From Podarcis melisellensis (Eukaryota): a stretch of 64,000 nucleotides of DNA. The notes under the pieces were generated by a model, which saw only the letters and a program-made list of their open reading frames with translations, was not told the DNA's origin and searched no databases. The position numbers were made by a program, and so were the translations under genes. Location: the NCBI GenBank assembly GCA_964234715.1, contig OZ174283.1; one strand, 5' to 3'. This document shows positions 35,157 to 48,420 of the stretch, piece by piece. The number at the start of each line of letters is the position of its first letter. Positions within the stretch are counted from its first letter, which is position 1.

Positions 35157-35317
35157 AGCCCTTACAATTGGCTGTGCTTGCAGGAGCCGATGGAAGCTGA
35201 ACAATATCTAGAGGGCAGCAGGCTCCCCATATATACCGCATAGATCAAGCCCTTACAATTGGCTGTGCTTGCAATATCTAGAGGGCAGCAGGCTCCCCAT
35301 ATATACCGCATAGATCA
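35157..35317. repeat. Tandem duplication (91 bp + 70 bp copy with 21-bp internal deletion)
   Basis: agcccttacaattggctgtgcttgca...catagatca present twice. Confidence 0.93.
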
Positions 35318-36201
35318 GGGGTGGAAAATGGACATTCTTGGAATTGATACCAACTCTGGGGCATCTATATCCAGCCTGCAGCATCTCCTCCTCACTCTGA
35401 CCCTTCTTTGTTAAAATTAAGCTTGAAAAAAGTCTGCAGTTGGAGCCAGTATAAGTCTTCCCCACCATGCCTTATTGTGAAAGGTTGGGGGGGTTGTTTT
35501 TGTGGAGGGGGGCATAGATAGAGAGGGAAGGGTTAACCTTTCCTTCCCTGTGCACTTTGATCCACTGTAAACGCAAACACTCCAAGGCACAATTAGGCTG
35601 GGCAAATAGCCTTTTATTGGTTCCAACAGGGAACCGTTGTTGCCTATTTATTATGACTGTTATGTTGATGATAATGTAATGTATACTTTGCCATCAATGT
35701 AAGTATTTTGCAATGCACTTTGAAACAAGCTGTTAACAGAGAGGAGAGAAGGGAAGCAAAATCAGTAGCAACTAGTAAGGCTGCATCATTCAGTTGACAC
35801 CTTGATTTACTAGACATCTGTCCTCAATCATTCATCCTGCCTGACACCCATCCCTGAAGCAGCACTGCGCAGAACTGATGGCTCCAACAGCAGAGGCTGT
35901 AGAGAAACTGCTTCCAATGGACCACCACACAGGAGCAATTCCTCCATGCAACAGCTGCTCTGTAGTGCTTTTTTTCCTGGAGGTACTCAAGGGTAGACAG
36001 TATCAGCATCCTTTTTTCTAGAAGAATAGCAATTATTATTCCTGAGCCCACCCGAAGCTAATTCAAGATTGGATCAAGGGCAAGGCAGGTGGTCTGCAGG
36101 TTGACGCAGGGCAGATTGACTGGGTTGGAAGCACCCCAGATTTGGGCCAAGGGACAGGTGTCAAGACTGCGCACAGCCCTAATAAATGATTCACTTTTGT
36201 A

Positions 36202-36452
36202 CAGTGGTACCTCGGGTTAATAATTTAATTCGTTCTCGAGTTCCAATCTTAACTTGAAACTGTTCTTAACCTGAGGTACCACTTTAGCTAATGGGGCCTC
36301 CTGCTTCTGCTGTTGCTACGCTGCCGCCACTGCACAATTTCTGTTCTCATCCTGAAGCAACGTTCTTAACCCAAGGTACTATTTCTGGGTTAGTGGAGTC
36401 TGTAACCTGAAGAGTCTGTAACCTGAAGCGTCTGTAACCCAAGGTACCACTG
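36202..36452 (+). mobile_element. pogo/Tigger-type MITE, family A
   Basis: TA-CAGTGGTACCTCGGGTTA ... TAACCCAAGGTACCACTG-TA. Confidence 0.92.
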
Positions 36453-36741
36453 TATCAACAAAGTGGCAGGTATACTCAACTGTAGTCCTATTCCTTCTGT
36501 GGGTCTTTGTTAAAACTCAGTTGTCACCCAAACTTTCATATTTCTCTTTCAAGTCTTTTGTACCCACAATGAGACCGTATCACAACTGTTTAACAGATGA
36601 GAGGTACCAAATGGAAGAGCCAGGTCAAAAGGACAGCAGGAGCTTGATACCTGCTGCTAGTATCTCCAGACTAGACCAAAGGCCACCAGAAAAAGGAGAG
36701 CAGCAAGCAGTGGAGGCCATGTATGCTCCTCTCATGAAAAC

Positions 36742-36743
<2 letters not shown>

Positions 36744-36795
<52 letters not shown>

Positions 36796-36907
36796 TATTT
36801 ATACCCCGCCCATCTGGCTGGGTTTCCCCAGCCACTCTGCTGGGTGGCTCCCAACAGAATATTAAAACCACGATAAAACATCAAACATTAAAAACTTCCC
36901 TAAACAG
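36744..36907 (-). mobile_element. L2 3' end with a (CAA)n microsatellite at its tail
   Basis: (CAA)~17 then atttataccccgcccatctggctgggtttccccagccactctg; similar 3' end near 31010-31080. Confidence 0.65.
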
Positions 36908-39900
36908 TAGGCCCATCTAGGTGCAGAAAAGCTTCAAAATTATCATCTTCTAGAATGTTTTATATTATCTTTCAAAACAGATTCTTAAAGTATTTCATTT
37001 ATACTGAAAGGGGATATATTTCACAGTAGGGCTTTTTTTCAGCATTTCCCCCAGATTTCTATTTTTAAATTGGAAAGATCAGAGTTAATAAGTCATCGGA
37101 GAAGCAGTTTCCTCCCACGGGGGTGGAAGTGGGGCTTACATCTCCACTCAATGCACAAACGGACAATCAGCACATGAAATTTGACATCAGGGTCCACCAC
37201 ATGATTCTAATCTAGTTTATATGTGTTGATTCTGCACAGTTTTTTGAACACTGGAAAAGGGCTTCCAAGGCACTCAGAATGGTACTTCACATGCTCAAGA
37301 GATGTGCAAGCTGTTCCCACTTTGTGAATATCATTTCTGACACATCTCTTTGTCAAGAAGCCCTTCATGTGGGTGTTGTTCTGCAGCACTAGAATAATGT
37401 GGCTGTTCTTAGGGGGCATCATTGTATTTCTAGCTGTGTTTACAGAATTCTTAGTCAAATCACTGAAAATCTGCAGGCAACAGTTTGAAAATCAGTATGT
37501 GAAACTCAGCCCTGTCTCCAGTCTTGAACCAAGTCTCCCTTTGGTTGTCATTCTTGTCAATAGACCTTCTGCCTATGAAGAACCTGTTCAACCCATCAGC
37601 TCCAGCCAACTTCTCCCACATGCAAAGATAGGCTCCAGCAGATTGAGCATATGAGACCAATAGTGGTTCCAATGGTCAATGGTTTCTGCACATGCTGATC
37701 AACCTGGGAAAGTAGCCTCTCTAGTAGAAGGAAACTCTGATTCTAAATTTCTCCTGCCTTGCAGGATATCTACAGGAGAAGAAAAGGCTAAGGCATAAAC
37801 TCTACAGAAATACGGAGTATAGTCCCTAAGATGGTTGAACAACACCTTGTACACATCCTTCTGGCAACTCCTGCAGCCAAGCTGGTGCCAAATGTATTGC
37901 TCTGCTTTACTTTGTATCACATTAGTGAAGCCAAGAGTGGGAGTAATGTTGTTTGGGCAGCCCAGGACCTCCATACACACTGCCCAGGCTAGCACCCTGG
38001 GGAGGTCACTTCAGTGCTACTAACACAGTTCACCCCCAGAGGTACACTCCATTGTTTCTTGCGATGGATGGATGCCAACAATGTGTAGAGAAGGGAACTT
38101 ACACTGGAAGGTTTGTGAGTTCATGTTCAGGACTCAGAGCTCCCAAGTCAAACTACTTCTAGGCTTACCCAAAAGATGAGTGTTCAGTCCTAGTGAACAG
38201 CATGATTACTTTTTCCAGTTAATTAGGGCTAGCCCCACCATTACTCAGAGCAAGGTAGCTTCCTCAGGTTACAGGTGGTGGGGTGGTGAGGTGCTGGTGG
38301 ACAGAGCTATGTGGCCTCTTCTGCACTATCTAGTCTAGCCGGCTTCCCTTAAAATATAATACATTTTAATATAATACATTTTCTTAAAATATTAAGACCA
38401 TCCTAGAAAACATATGCAGGGCCTTTCATAATGCCAGAGAAAGATTCTCTCTTGCTCTGTTTTTGTTTGTTTGCTGAGAGAAAGAATTAGTTTTTTAAAA
38501 ATTAATTAATGTTACAAATGCATTAAGAAAAAGAATATTCATTGTCAGAAACGAGAGAAATTAAGTGCAAGAGAAGATAAAACACAGTGATGAATTCTGC
38601 AGGTTGGAATGGACCTTCATAAACTTTCATTCCCTCCCTAAGATGAGTTACAGGTTGAAACAGAACATTGCGAACAAAGACAAAGGGATTTATGCAGTTG
38701 TTTAATGACAGTAGATGTTAATGAATCAGAGAGCAGCAAATGCTCTTCGAAGTGGTAGCCTCGCTGTAATTGATAGGCACATAGTGTGAATGTTTGATTA
38801 TATTTGCAAAATCATTTACACATCAAACAGTTCTATTACATTTAAGGCACTTTTCACTGTGTTGTTTTTGTTATCATTTCCCTCATTTATCCTTCTTGCA
38901 ATAAATCAACTCGAAGCAATTCATTTTCTAAGTCATTCCAAGATAGACAACAGATCCTGAACCCAGCGTGTGACACATTAAATTCACAGAAGTGTCAGTC
39001 GCATTTAAGGCGTGTGGCTAACACCTATAGCAGCCAGATCACTGCAGCAGCAAAAAAAAAAAAAAAAGGCCTGAAATAATTCTTCCCCCATGCCAATATG
39101 AAGGAGATTTTCCCTTTACTTTCGATAAGGGCTACTAATGAGCATTCCAGGCTCTGTCATGTAACACTAATTAACAAAGCACCAAGTAGCAAATCCTCAA
39201 TGAAGACAGCACAGGCCTCTTAAGAACTGTTGATCCGTATCCTTGAGCGCAAGCAGTATAAATGTCCACTTTGTAAAATATGCTGCACATAAAATTCAAT
39301 GTTTTCTCATAATCAATAACCCAATGTGCATTTCCTTCTATTAGGCAGCCCCAGAATCATCATAAAAGTCTGCAATATGAGATAGGTTGAGCAGTGAATG
39401 GATAACCACATATGGAAATTCAGGCATAGTGTTGATTGCGGGGGGGGGGGTAGCGACTGTTTCTAGTCTGTCCCAAGTTCAAATTATTCTGTGAAATCTT
39501 AATAGTAAAACAATAATAGTAATAATAACCCTGCATTTAGATTTAGACTCACATTTAGCTATGCGCTTTTAAATATGTTTTCTCCCCATAATATACATTT
39601 CTAAGATGGTTTTCTGAAGAAAAAAAATTCTAAATGCATTTTGATACTATTTTTGGCCACAAGCGTCTTATATCTTTTTATTATTCACAAACACAATGTA
39701 TGAACGAATAAAACATCAGCTTTTTTAAAAAAAAAAACTGCAAAAAAATTTGGGGGGGGACTTTAGGGTTGGACAAAGCCATCTATATCCAATTCATGTT
39801 CCAATTTTTATATTCCTGTTGCTTTCCATTTACAAATCAATATGCAATTTAACAAAATAGTCTCAAAATACATATTTAAATATGTATTTTAGTAAGTTTA

Positions 39901-40159
39901 AATGGTCTCCCAACCATTTTAATAGGAATTAAGATACACTACATTAAGGATGAAAATGAGAGCAAAGGAAACAAAATGTAGCTGGTTTTACTGCCACATA
40001 GGCACTGTTTAAACAGGTATTTTCTCTGAAAATACATTTTTACATGTGCTATATATTCTTTCTCAAAACATGATCTAAACCATTTCCAATATATTCAAAA
40101 CAGTGGAGAACTGCATTGCAAAATTCCAAGCACTGTAAAAGCTGGTGTTAGGGTTATCT

Positions 40160-40690
40160 GCTGGAGGCAGTCAGTCCCCATGAACAGTGTTTTACATCAG
40201 CTGGAGCATCTGGACCAAGCACAAGCATTACTCCACATAGAATGTATTGCAATAATTGAGTCTAGAGGTTACCAATGCATGAATCACCATGGTCAGTCTA
40301 GGCCCACCAGCTTAGACTTGCAAAATACATTCTTTGCCACTGAAGCTTTCTGAGCTTTCAGCAACAAAGATGGATCCAGGAGCACCCCTAGACTCCAAGT
40401 CTGTTCTTTCAGAGTTAGTGCAACCCCATCCAGAACAAGCAATGGGCCAATCTCCCAGATACAGGAACCGCCAACCCACAATGCCCTCATCTTCCCTGGG
40501 TTCAAGCTCAATTTATTGGCCATCACTCACTCCAGCATTGTACCCAGTCCATATCATACACAGCCTGCCCTTACTCAGATGCTATGGAGAAGTGGATCTG
40601 TCTATCACCAGCATGCTGATGACACTTTGTCCCCCATCTCCTACTGATTTATCCCAGCGGCTTCATATAGATATCACACAGCCCTGCGGA
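40160..40690 (-). mobile_element. L2 LINE RT C-terminal fragment
   Basis: MANKLSLNPGK...SLGVLLDPSL matches L2 'N.LKLNP.KT...NLGV.LD..L'. Confidence 0.8.
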
Positions 40691-41519
40691 CAAGATTGTA
40701 CAACTGTGGTACACCATAGTTCAAGGACCATAGGTCAAGAGACATTTCTTACAAGAATAGACAAAGACTGGATTAATCCTACAACCCTAGGTGGAACCAG
40801 CAAAAAATGATGGTACGATCAAAGAAATATGTGTGTCTATATCATGGGAAGCAAATCCCCTAGCCAACCACTTTCAATATTCTCTCTCCAACCTAAGACT
40901 TCCTACTAAGCATAAGTGACATGTCTCGCATTGTGCACCCACTCCAAATTTATTGGAGGATCCTAGTGGGACCAGGCTGGTTTATTTTTCAATCCCGATT
41001 AGGTTCTGCTTGCATTTGCAGAAGGAAACATTTAAATAGCGGCTGCTGCAGGCATAGGACTTGGAAAGTGAGATTTAGTATATGGATGAAAGCATTTGAG
41101 CCGCAATTAGCAAGATCAAGCAGTAGCATTTTCTCAGCATCTTAGTCTCCCAAGCTATGCCTATAACATTTTGTTCCATTTCACCTCATATTTCATCCTT
41201 AATGTAGGGCATCTTAATTCCTATATAAAATCAATGCATTTTTAACATGCTTCACTCTCAGAAAACCATTTTCCTACATGTAGCAGTGATGTTTAACTTT
41301 GTCAGGTATAACGCATACCACTTAATTTATAGATGTTGAGAGTGCCCATCTGTTTTCAATGGGCAATTTATGTAAACTGCTTCCATTAAATGGAAGCCAG
41401 TTCTTTCATATTAATTATTTTTGATTCTTTAAAATGATTTTTGATCATGTATGGAAGTGCATCATTCTTTCCCCCTCTAATGAGGCAAACAGGAGGAGGG
41501 CATCCAAAATGATCAGGGA

Positions 41520-41656
41520 TACCCTGGAAACTGTAGTTTGTTAAGGGTGCTGTTCAGAGGCCCCTGCTTCCCTCACACAGCTACAATTCCCAGAGTGGCT
41601 TAACATTCAATCCCTCTTCCCAGGAAACTCTGGGAACTGTAGCTCTCTGAGGGGAA
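41520..41656. mobile_element. Palindromic non-autonomous DNA element
   Basis: cctcacacagctacaattcccagag / ctctgggaactgtagctctctgagg inverted pair. Confidence 0.55.
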
Positions 41657-41659
41657 TAG

Positions 41660-41900
41660 TAGCATTGGATTAGTCAAATTCTTGGAGGATAAAGCTATCT
41701 ATAGCTACTAGTCATGATGGCTTTATAGTGTATTACCTCCAAGATCAGAGTCAGCATGCTCCTGAATACCAGTGGCTGGGGAATAATAGCAGGAGAAGGT
41801 CGTGGTGTTAAGTACTCATGCCCTGCCTGTAGGCTATCATAAGCATCTGGTTAGCCACTTGTGAAAGAGGATGCCGGAAGATAGGTCCTGGTGCCATCAG
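41660..41900 (+). mobile_element. CR1 3' fragment
   Basis: ggattagtcaaattcttggaggataaagctatc...gcatctggttagccact; similar pieces near 8170-8380 and 52430-52625. Confidence 0.6.
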
Positions 41901-44329
41901 TTTTGTGTTTCCTTTGGGATATTGTTAGGCAAAGTTCATGCACACTTAATATCCTCTTGATATATTTTAAGTGAACCATTAAACTGTTGGCCATTATGCT
42001 GCAATACTGCAATAACAAATACATGCTAAAGATTATAATGTATTTAAGCAGCAATATTTTTGGAAATGCTTTGAGCACAAATGAAAAATGTGCCATGTAA
42101 ATAAACCGACAATAACTCGATAGATGTTTGTTCCAATCTAGCAGGACACTTCCTATGCTCTTATGGTCTCATTCTTACTATCCTTCAACCGGGGTCTAGT
42201 GTTATGGCTGTTTTACAGACACAGGTATGGAAAAAAAATGAGTGCCTTGCCCAAAGCTGCCCAGTGGTTCAGGTGAAACTTGACCACACTCAACAGGTTT
42301 GCAAAGGCATAGTCAATGCACAAGTATCAAGTGCGACTATATCAACATGGACTGAACTTTCATATCAGTTCACATCAGCTCATATATAAAGCTTAGTGGT
42401 TTCGATTCACATATTTCATTGCCAGACATCAAGTATATGGTAAAAATGTACAGAGAAATTAAGGGATGCAGGCCAACTCTTCCATTAAAACTGATGTTGG
42501 AATAATTTATGCAAATTGGAGGACAGTAATATTTTCTGGTGGCAGAAAAAGAATGCATACTTTTCCTCTGTCCCTGCCTATAAATTCTCATCCTAAGGCA
42601 GCAGTGGACAAGCACTGATGCAAGAACAGCAACGGAGCACATGGTTTCAAGCAACAAAGAGGAAAAATATGTGGTTGCATCCACTTGCCATATTTGTCCC
42701 ATGGGGGATAGGGGAGATGAGGATCTGGACCAGCCGGCTCCAGTCCCCCACCCTGACCAAAGAGGATGCATGGTGTTTGCACAAAATTGCTATCTTCACC
42801 CTTTCTGGAAATTTGATGTGGAGATGCTGTAGTCCAGTGACAAAGGAAATGTTTGTTTCAAGCTGAGCTGTTTTGGGAAACTTGAGTAAGGCATTAGACT
42901 TGAATAATAAAACCATTTCCCAGCTGGAAGGGGGGGGGGAGAGAAGATCTACATTTAGAAAAAGAGGGAACTAAAATAGTAACCAGAATTAGGAAAGTGT
43001 TTAGAATGATGTATTGCCAAGAAATAATTGGGCAAAAAGTAGTTTGTTTGTGGAATTCATATCCTAAACCAAGAATGAGATACCTCATACCTGGGGCCTA
43101 ATTGTGGCCCTCCAGGTCTCTCTATATGGCCCCCATAATTCTTTTTTGGCCACACCCCACACTGGACCTGCATCCTCCTCAAGTGCTTTTGCCTGGATGG
43201 AAAGTTTCCTTGAACGCTAGAAGGAGGATAGATAGATTTGGGACTTGTATGTGTAGAAGAAAACCTCTGCATCTGTATGGCTGGACCAAAACTAAGGGGT
43301 CACAGCTGTGGCTCCACACACTTGTTGCCTCCTGCTCTGCCCACCACTGGTGAGTGGCCTTCGAAAGATTGAACATGAGGGAATGTGGCCTCAGGGCCGA
43401 ACAATCTACCCCATATATTTACCACACAAACCCCACAAAGCCAGGTTGCAAGATGAGGAGCATTCCAAACGAAGAGATTTCAGGACCTAAATCTGAGACC
43501 TAGGGGTGGCCCCTGGTGATGTCATTGGGTGCCCCCTGGTGATGGAGGTTCATTGGGAGAGCAGAGTGGAGAAGGTCAGATCCCCCAGAGTGTCTAATCC
43601 TATGATTTGTAGCCAGTTCCTGCTGGTCTGAAGCTTGCAAGCTGCTGCTCACCTGGAGATTCAAGCCCCCCCACCTGCCACCTGGAGTGGGGCATGCAAA
43701 CCTGAAGACCTCAGGTCAGACCTGGAAATCTAGCAGCCCTACAACTAAAACACCATGCTGGAGGCTGTGCTAGATGCCATATGGCATTGAGACTAGTGGA
43801 AGCTTCCCCTTGCTCCTATCAACATTTGGGACTCAGTTGTGTCCCATGCCTCTCTCTGTAGCTCCTTAAAAAGGCTCATTCTGCTGTTTCTGCTTTGACC
43901 ACCATGCCAGAGGAGAGGCTTTGCTGACTTCCATTACTCATCCAGGCCAGAAAGTGTTTTCACTGTGTTCCCACCAAGACCTGGAATTGAGGATTGGCCC
44001 TGTATTCCTCTCTAGCTCTTTTAAAGAGATTCATTCAGTCTGTTACTGCTTTTGCTTTGACCACCATGTCAGTGGAGATAGAGGTTACTTTCCATGTACC
44101 ATCTATCCCAAAGACTATTTTCACCCTCGTTCTGCCAACACCTAAGCCTAAGAACTGGCTCTGTAGCTCAGTGGTAGACCATCTGCTGTGCATGCAGACA
44201 ATTTCTGGAATCTCCAAACAGAGCTGGGAATGCACCCTGCCTGAAACTGTGGAGAAACACTGCTGGTCAGTGAAGACAGTACTGAACTAGATGGATCAAC
44301 AGTCAACATTTGGGATCTGGGGTTTGATG

Positions 44330-44720
44330 ATTAAAACTCTGTGGTTTTGGTATGGAGGAGACTCTTGAGAGTCCCATGGACTGCAAGAAGATCAAACCTA
44401 TCCATTTTTAAGGAAATCAGCTCTGAGTGCTCACTGGAAGGACAGATCCTGAAGCTGAGGCTCCAATACTTTGGCCACCTCACGAGAAGAGAAGACTCCC
44501 TGGAAACGACCCTGATGTTGGGAAAGATGGAGGGCACGAGGAGAAGGGGATGACAGAGGGTGAGATGGTTGGATAGTGTTCTTGAAGCTACCAGCATGAG
44601 TCTGACCAAACTGCGGGAGGCAGTGGAAGATAGGAGGGCCTGGCGTGCTCTGGTCCATGGGGTCATGAAGAATCGGACACAACTAAATGACTAAACAACA
44701 ACAACAACAACAACAACAAC
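44330..44720 (+). mobile_element. Bov-B (RTE) LINE 3' fragment with (CAA)n tail
   Basis: WRRLLRVPWTARRSNLSI..EI...CSLEGQILKLRLQYFGHL.RR..SLE..LMLGKMEG.RRRG is the Bov-B ORF C-terminus. Confidence 0.93.
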
Positions 44721-45492
44721 ATTGATTCACTTTCTGGTTCTTAGGGTGCTTCCCAACTAATCTAGGGTGGGATTCCATCAATTTTATGTCACTATTTTGG
44801 GCCAGCATTCAATCACATACTGGCAAATTTGGGCTCCGCATTGTAGTTGATTGTAAGGTCTTCTGCAAAAAGTCTGTTTCCCCCAAAATTGGACTTTTGC
44901 GGCAAGGAAAATGACAGAAAAATACACCAGAAAGTGTGGGATAGAGCTTGCTTTGATACATCTTCCCCACAAACATATCAGGATGAGTATTCATTAAATA
45001 GTCAATATTGTTTAATCTCCCTACAAACAAATCAGGATGAATGCTCAATAAAGCAGGGTGTTCATAAGTGCCTATAATTCTGTGGAATCTACTTAAAATC
45101 TGTAGCAATTCCAAATTCAAAAGAGCCCACACACAGTATATGGCGCCAAGAGTGAGGACGAGAGACCTCTCTTTATATTCTCTCTTTATAACTAGCTGAC
45201 AGCATCACAGAACCAGTTAATGCATCTTCCTGCCAGCTTAACTGCTTGTTATTTTTGGTGTTTTGTTGCACAAGCCGCATAATGTGAGATAGGAATATTT
45301 ACAGAAGTCACAGCAGCTTCTTTGCAAACAAGGCATGTTAGGGATACAAAAATTCTCCTCCTGTGAGGGTGCTCACTGTGCAGCTTCTGCGAGCATGCTT
45401 ATCTAAATTTACACAATCACATGAGAAGATTGCAAACCTGCAACCTTAAACCTAGATAAAGTTGCACACACAGCTTTAACAATCTAGTCAAG

Positions 45493-45950
45493 TGCTAGTG
45501 TGGTGCAATGGTTAGAATACTGGACAAGAAGAAGAAGAGTTTTGATTTGATATCCCGCCTTTCACTCCCTTTAAGGAGTCCCAAAGTGGCTAACAATCTC
45601 CTTTCCCCTTCCTCTTCCACAACAAACACTCTGTGAAGTGAGTGAGGCTGAGAGACTTCAGAGAAGTGTGACTAGCCCAAGGTCACCCAGCAGCTGCATG
45701 TGGAGGAGCGGGGAAGCGAACCCAGTTCACCAGATTGCGAGTCTACCCCTCTTAACCACTACACCACACTGGCTCACAAGAGCTAGAATAGTGGTAGGTA
45801 ATAGTTAAAATCCCCGCTCAGTCATGAAGCTCAGCAGGTGACCTCAAGGTCTCTCAACGTAGCCTAACTCACAAGGTCACCATGAGGAGGAGAATCATGT
45901 ATGCCCCCTTGAGCTTCTCAGATGAATGGTTGGGTACAAATGCATTCAAT
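45493..45950 (+). mobile_element. Old tRNA-derived SINE, interrupted at 45530-45775
   Basis: gctagtgtggtgcaatggttaga head ... aaatccccgctcagtcatgaagctc ... gcctaactcacaagg ... gccccttgagc. Confidence 0.6.
45530..45775 (-). mobile_element. Younger tRNA-derived SINE with (CTT)n tail, nested antisense in a related SINE
   Basis: Minus-strand head GAGCCAGTGTGGTGTAGTGGTTAAGAG, B-box GGTTCGCTTCCCC; TSD ACAAGA (45524-45529 / 45776-45781). Confidence 0.85.
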
Positions 45951-46413
45951 CATTTAATCAATGAGGTTTGTTTCCTTTAACTATAATAAATTTTGCATAA
46001 GGTTTCTCAGCATCCCAAGGGAAAAGATGGAGGTTAATATGCAAAGTTATAACTTTTACCTGTTGGCAGAGACATGAGAGCATAATGCAAGCTTACTGGA
46101 TCAGGACAATGGCTGATCAAGTGCAGAATCCTGTTCTCATGGTGGTCACCCAGATCCCTGTGAGAAATCAGCAAGCAGGACTTGAATGCAATAGCAGTTT
46201 CCCCACCAGCAACTGGTAGTCAGAGCTTTACTGCCTCCAAAAATGGAGGCATTCCACAATTTTCAGTTTAGCTTTGTTATTGAATTTCATTACCCAGTTC
46301 AGAATACAAAACTGGCACACTGTCTGAGTGTTGTACTAGCCCATTCCCCCTCTCCAACAGATCCTTAGTCCAGATTGTTATTTGAACCAATAGAGAAGTT
46401 CCCTTTCCAAATA

Positions 46414-46630
46414 CACTGGTACCTCAGGTTAAGTACTTAATTTATTCTGGAGGTCCGTTCTTAACCTGAAACTGTCCAGCACCACTTTAGCTAATGAGGC
46501 CTCCTGTTGCTGCTGCACCGCCGGAGCACAATTTCTGTTCTCATCCTGAAGCATAGTTCTTAACCCGAGGTACTATTTCTGGGTTAATGGAGTCTGTAAC
46601 CTGAAGCATCTGTAACCCGAGCTACCACTG
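46414..46630 (+). mobile_element. pogo/Tigger-type MITE, family A
   Basis: TA-CACTGGTACCTCAGGTTA ... TAACCCGAGCTACCACTG-TA. Confidence 0.9.
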
Positions 46631-47544
46631 TACCGCAACTTTTTGGCAAGCCCTATTTCCAAATCCAGGGATACAGGTGATTGTCCACCAAAGAGCAGTT
46701 AAAATAGGACCACAGACAAGTTATTATATACGTGTCTTATCATATAGCTCTCCTTTACTGATTAGCATATAATGACTATATTGGTCATTATGGTGTCAAT
46801 CTTGCCTTTGAAAATTATAGACCATGTTGAGTGTACATTGTTATGTGATATACCGTAAACGTTAAATAAAAGCAAACGATCTCCCCTTAATATGACATGA
46901 CAGTCAGTCTTTCGTTTTCTTCTGTATAGATGTGTGTGTGTGTGTATGTGTGTGATTCATTGCCATAAGGCGATTTTATTCAACTGCTGTCCCTGTGATT
47001 GACGTGAAATTGCACCATCTTAATTCATTCATAACTATCACCTGAAAGAGATGGCTGAATAGTCCGAATAGCAATATTAACACATCAAAGGTTATGTCTT
47101 GCATTGATCAAAGGGAACAAATTTGCCATTCTTCCAAGTAATTTCTGAAGAAATAAAAAGCTGTTAGCCGTACTTATATACAAATTGCTTTAGACAAATT
47201 TATTTAGACAAATTAAATGGGTATTGAAATGTCATGGAATGCTTTCTTTAAAGTGCTAAAACTTTTTAGGAAAGTTATATGCCATAGTTCAACGGTTACT
47301 GTGAGCGTGTGAATTTTCCTTAACATGTATTATTGAAGCCAAATTTGACCTGCTAATAATGATTTGGAATCATTTCTCATTTGTTAATGCTGAATGCTTT
47401 ACCATTTGTACATTAGTGTTCTATAAGCTGCACATGCTTGAGGTGGAAGGAGAGAAAAGCCTAGGCCTAACTGCTTCTAAGACACTCTTCTGGATTGACT
47501 CCTGGATTCTCAGGATCTGTCTTTTACCTTTTACAAGAGGACTC

Positions 47545-48420
47545 ACAACTAAGAACCTAAAGAGCATCCTGCAGGATCAGAGCAAAAGTCCACTTGTGAT
47601 TCCCAGGAACTGTCGTTCAGAGCATACTGCCTTCAACACTGGAGGTAGAAACACAGACATCATGGCAAGAAGCTATTCATGGCCTTATTGTTTATGAATT
47701 TGTCTGATCCTCTTTCAAATCCATTCAAATTGATTGTCATCTCTCCATTTTCTGGGTGCTAATGCCATACTTTAAATATGTACTGTTTGAAGAGCACTCC
47801 CATTTATCTTTTCTGACAGTCAGCTTCATTGGATGAACCTGAGTTCTAGCATTATGTGAGAGGAAGCAAATCTTTTCTCTATCCACTTTCTCCATGTCAT
47901 GCATTATTTTATACAATTTTCTCTTCTCTACCTTAATCGCCTCTTCTCTAAACTAAAAAGGCCCAAATGCTGCAATTTTACAATCCAACCTTGATCATTT
48001 TGGTTGCAACAGAAGCTTCCTTTTTGGAAAAAAGTCTACAATATCCCTTTTGAGGTGAGGCAACCAGACCTGGACATAATATTTCAAGTGTGATATTCCA
48101 TAAATTTATATAATGCTATTTTGATATTAGAAGTTTCATTTTTCAATCCTTTGCCTAATCAACCCTAAAATAAAATTCACCTTTTTCACAATTGCCACAC
48201 AATGAGTTGACTTTCTTTTTTTAGCTATCCACTACGATGCCAAAATCTTGTTCCTGGCCAGTGTGCTCCAGTTCAGGCCCTATTGACATACATGTGAAAT
48301 TAGGAATTCTTGCTTCAATGTGTGTTACTTTCTACTTACTTACATTGTATTTGTTATCCAGTTTGGGAAGATCCTTGTGGACTCCTCACAATCACTTTTG
48401 CTGCTGTTGCTGCCACTTTA
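47545..48420 (-). mobile_element. CR1 LINE 3' fragment (~0.9 kb, old)
   Basis: Reverse CR1 3' UTR (actaagaacctaaagagc..ggatcag) followed by RT-coding-like aactaaaaaggcccaaatg, ttttgaggtgaggcaaccaga. Confidence 0.7.

Noticed and set aside
36521-36865. ORF with a long polyglutamine tract
   Set aside because: The Q-run is the (CAA)n microsatellite at an L2 tail; no other coding signal
44156-44230. tRNA-like sequence (gctctgtagctcagtggtagaccatctgc)
   Set aside because: Degenerate SINE head continuing into SINE body; T-arm missing, no cloverleaf
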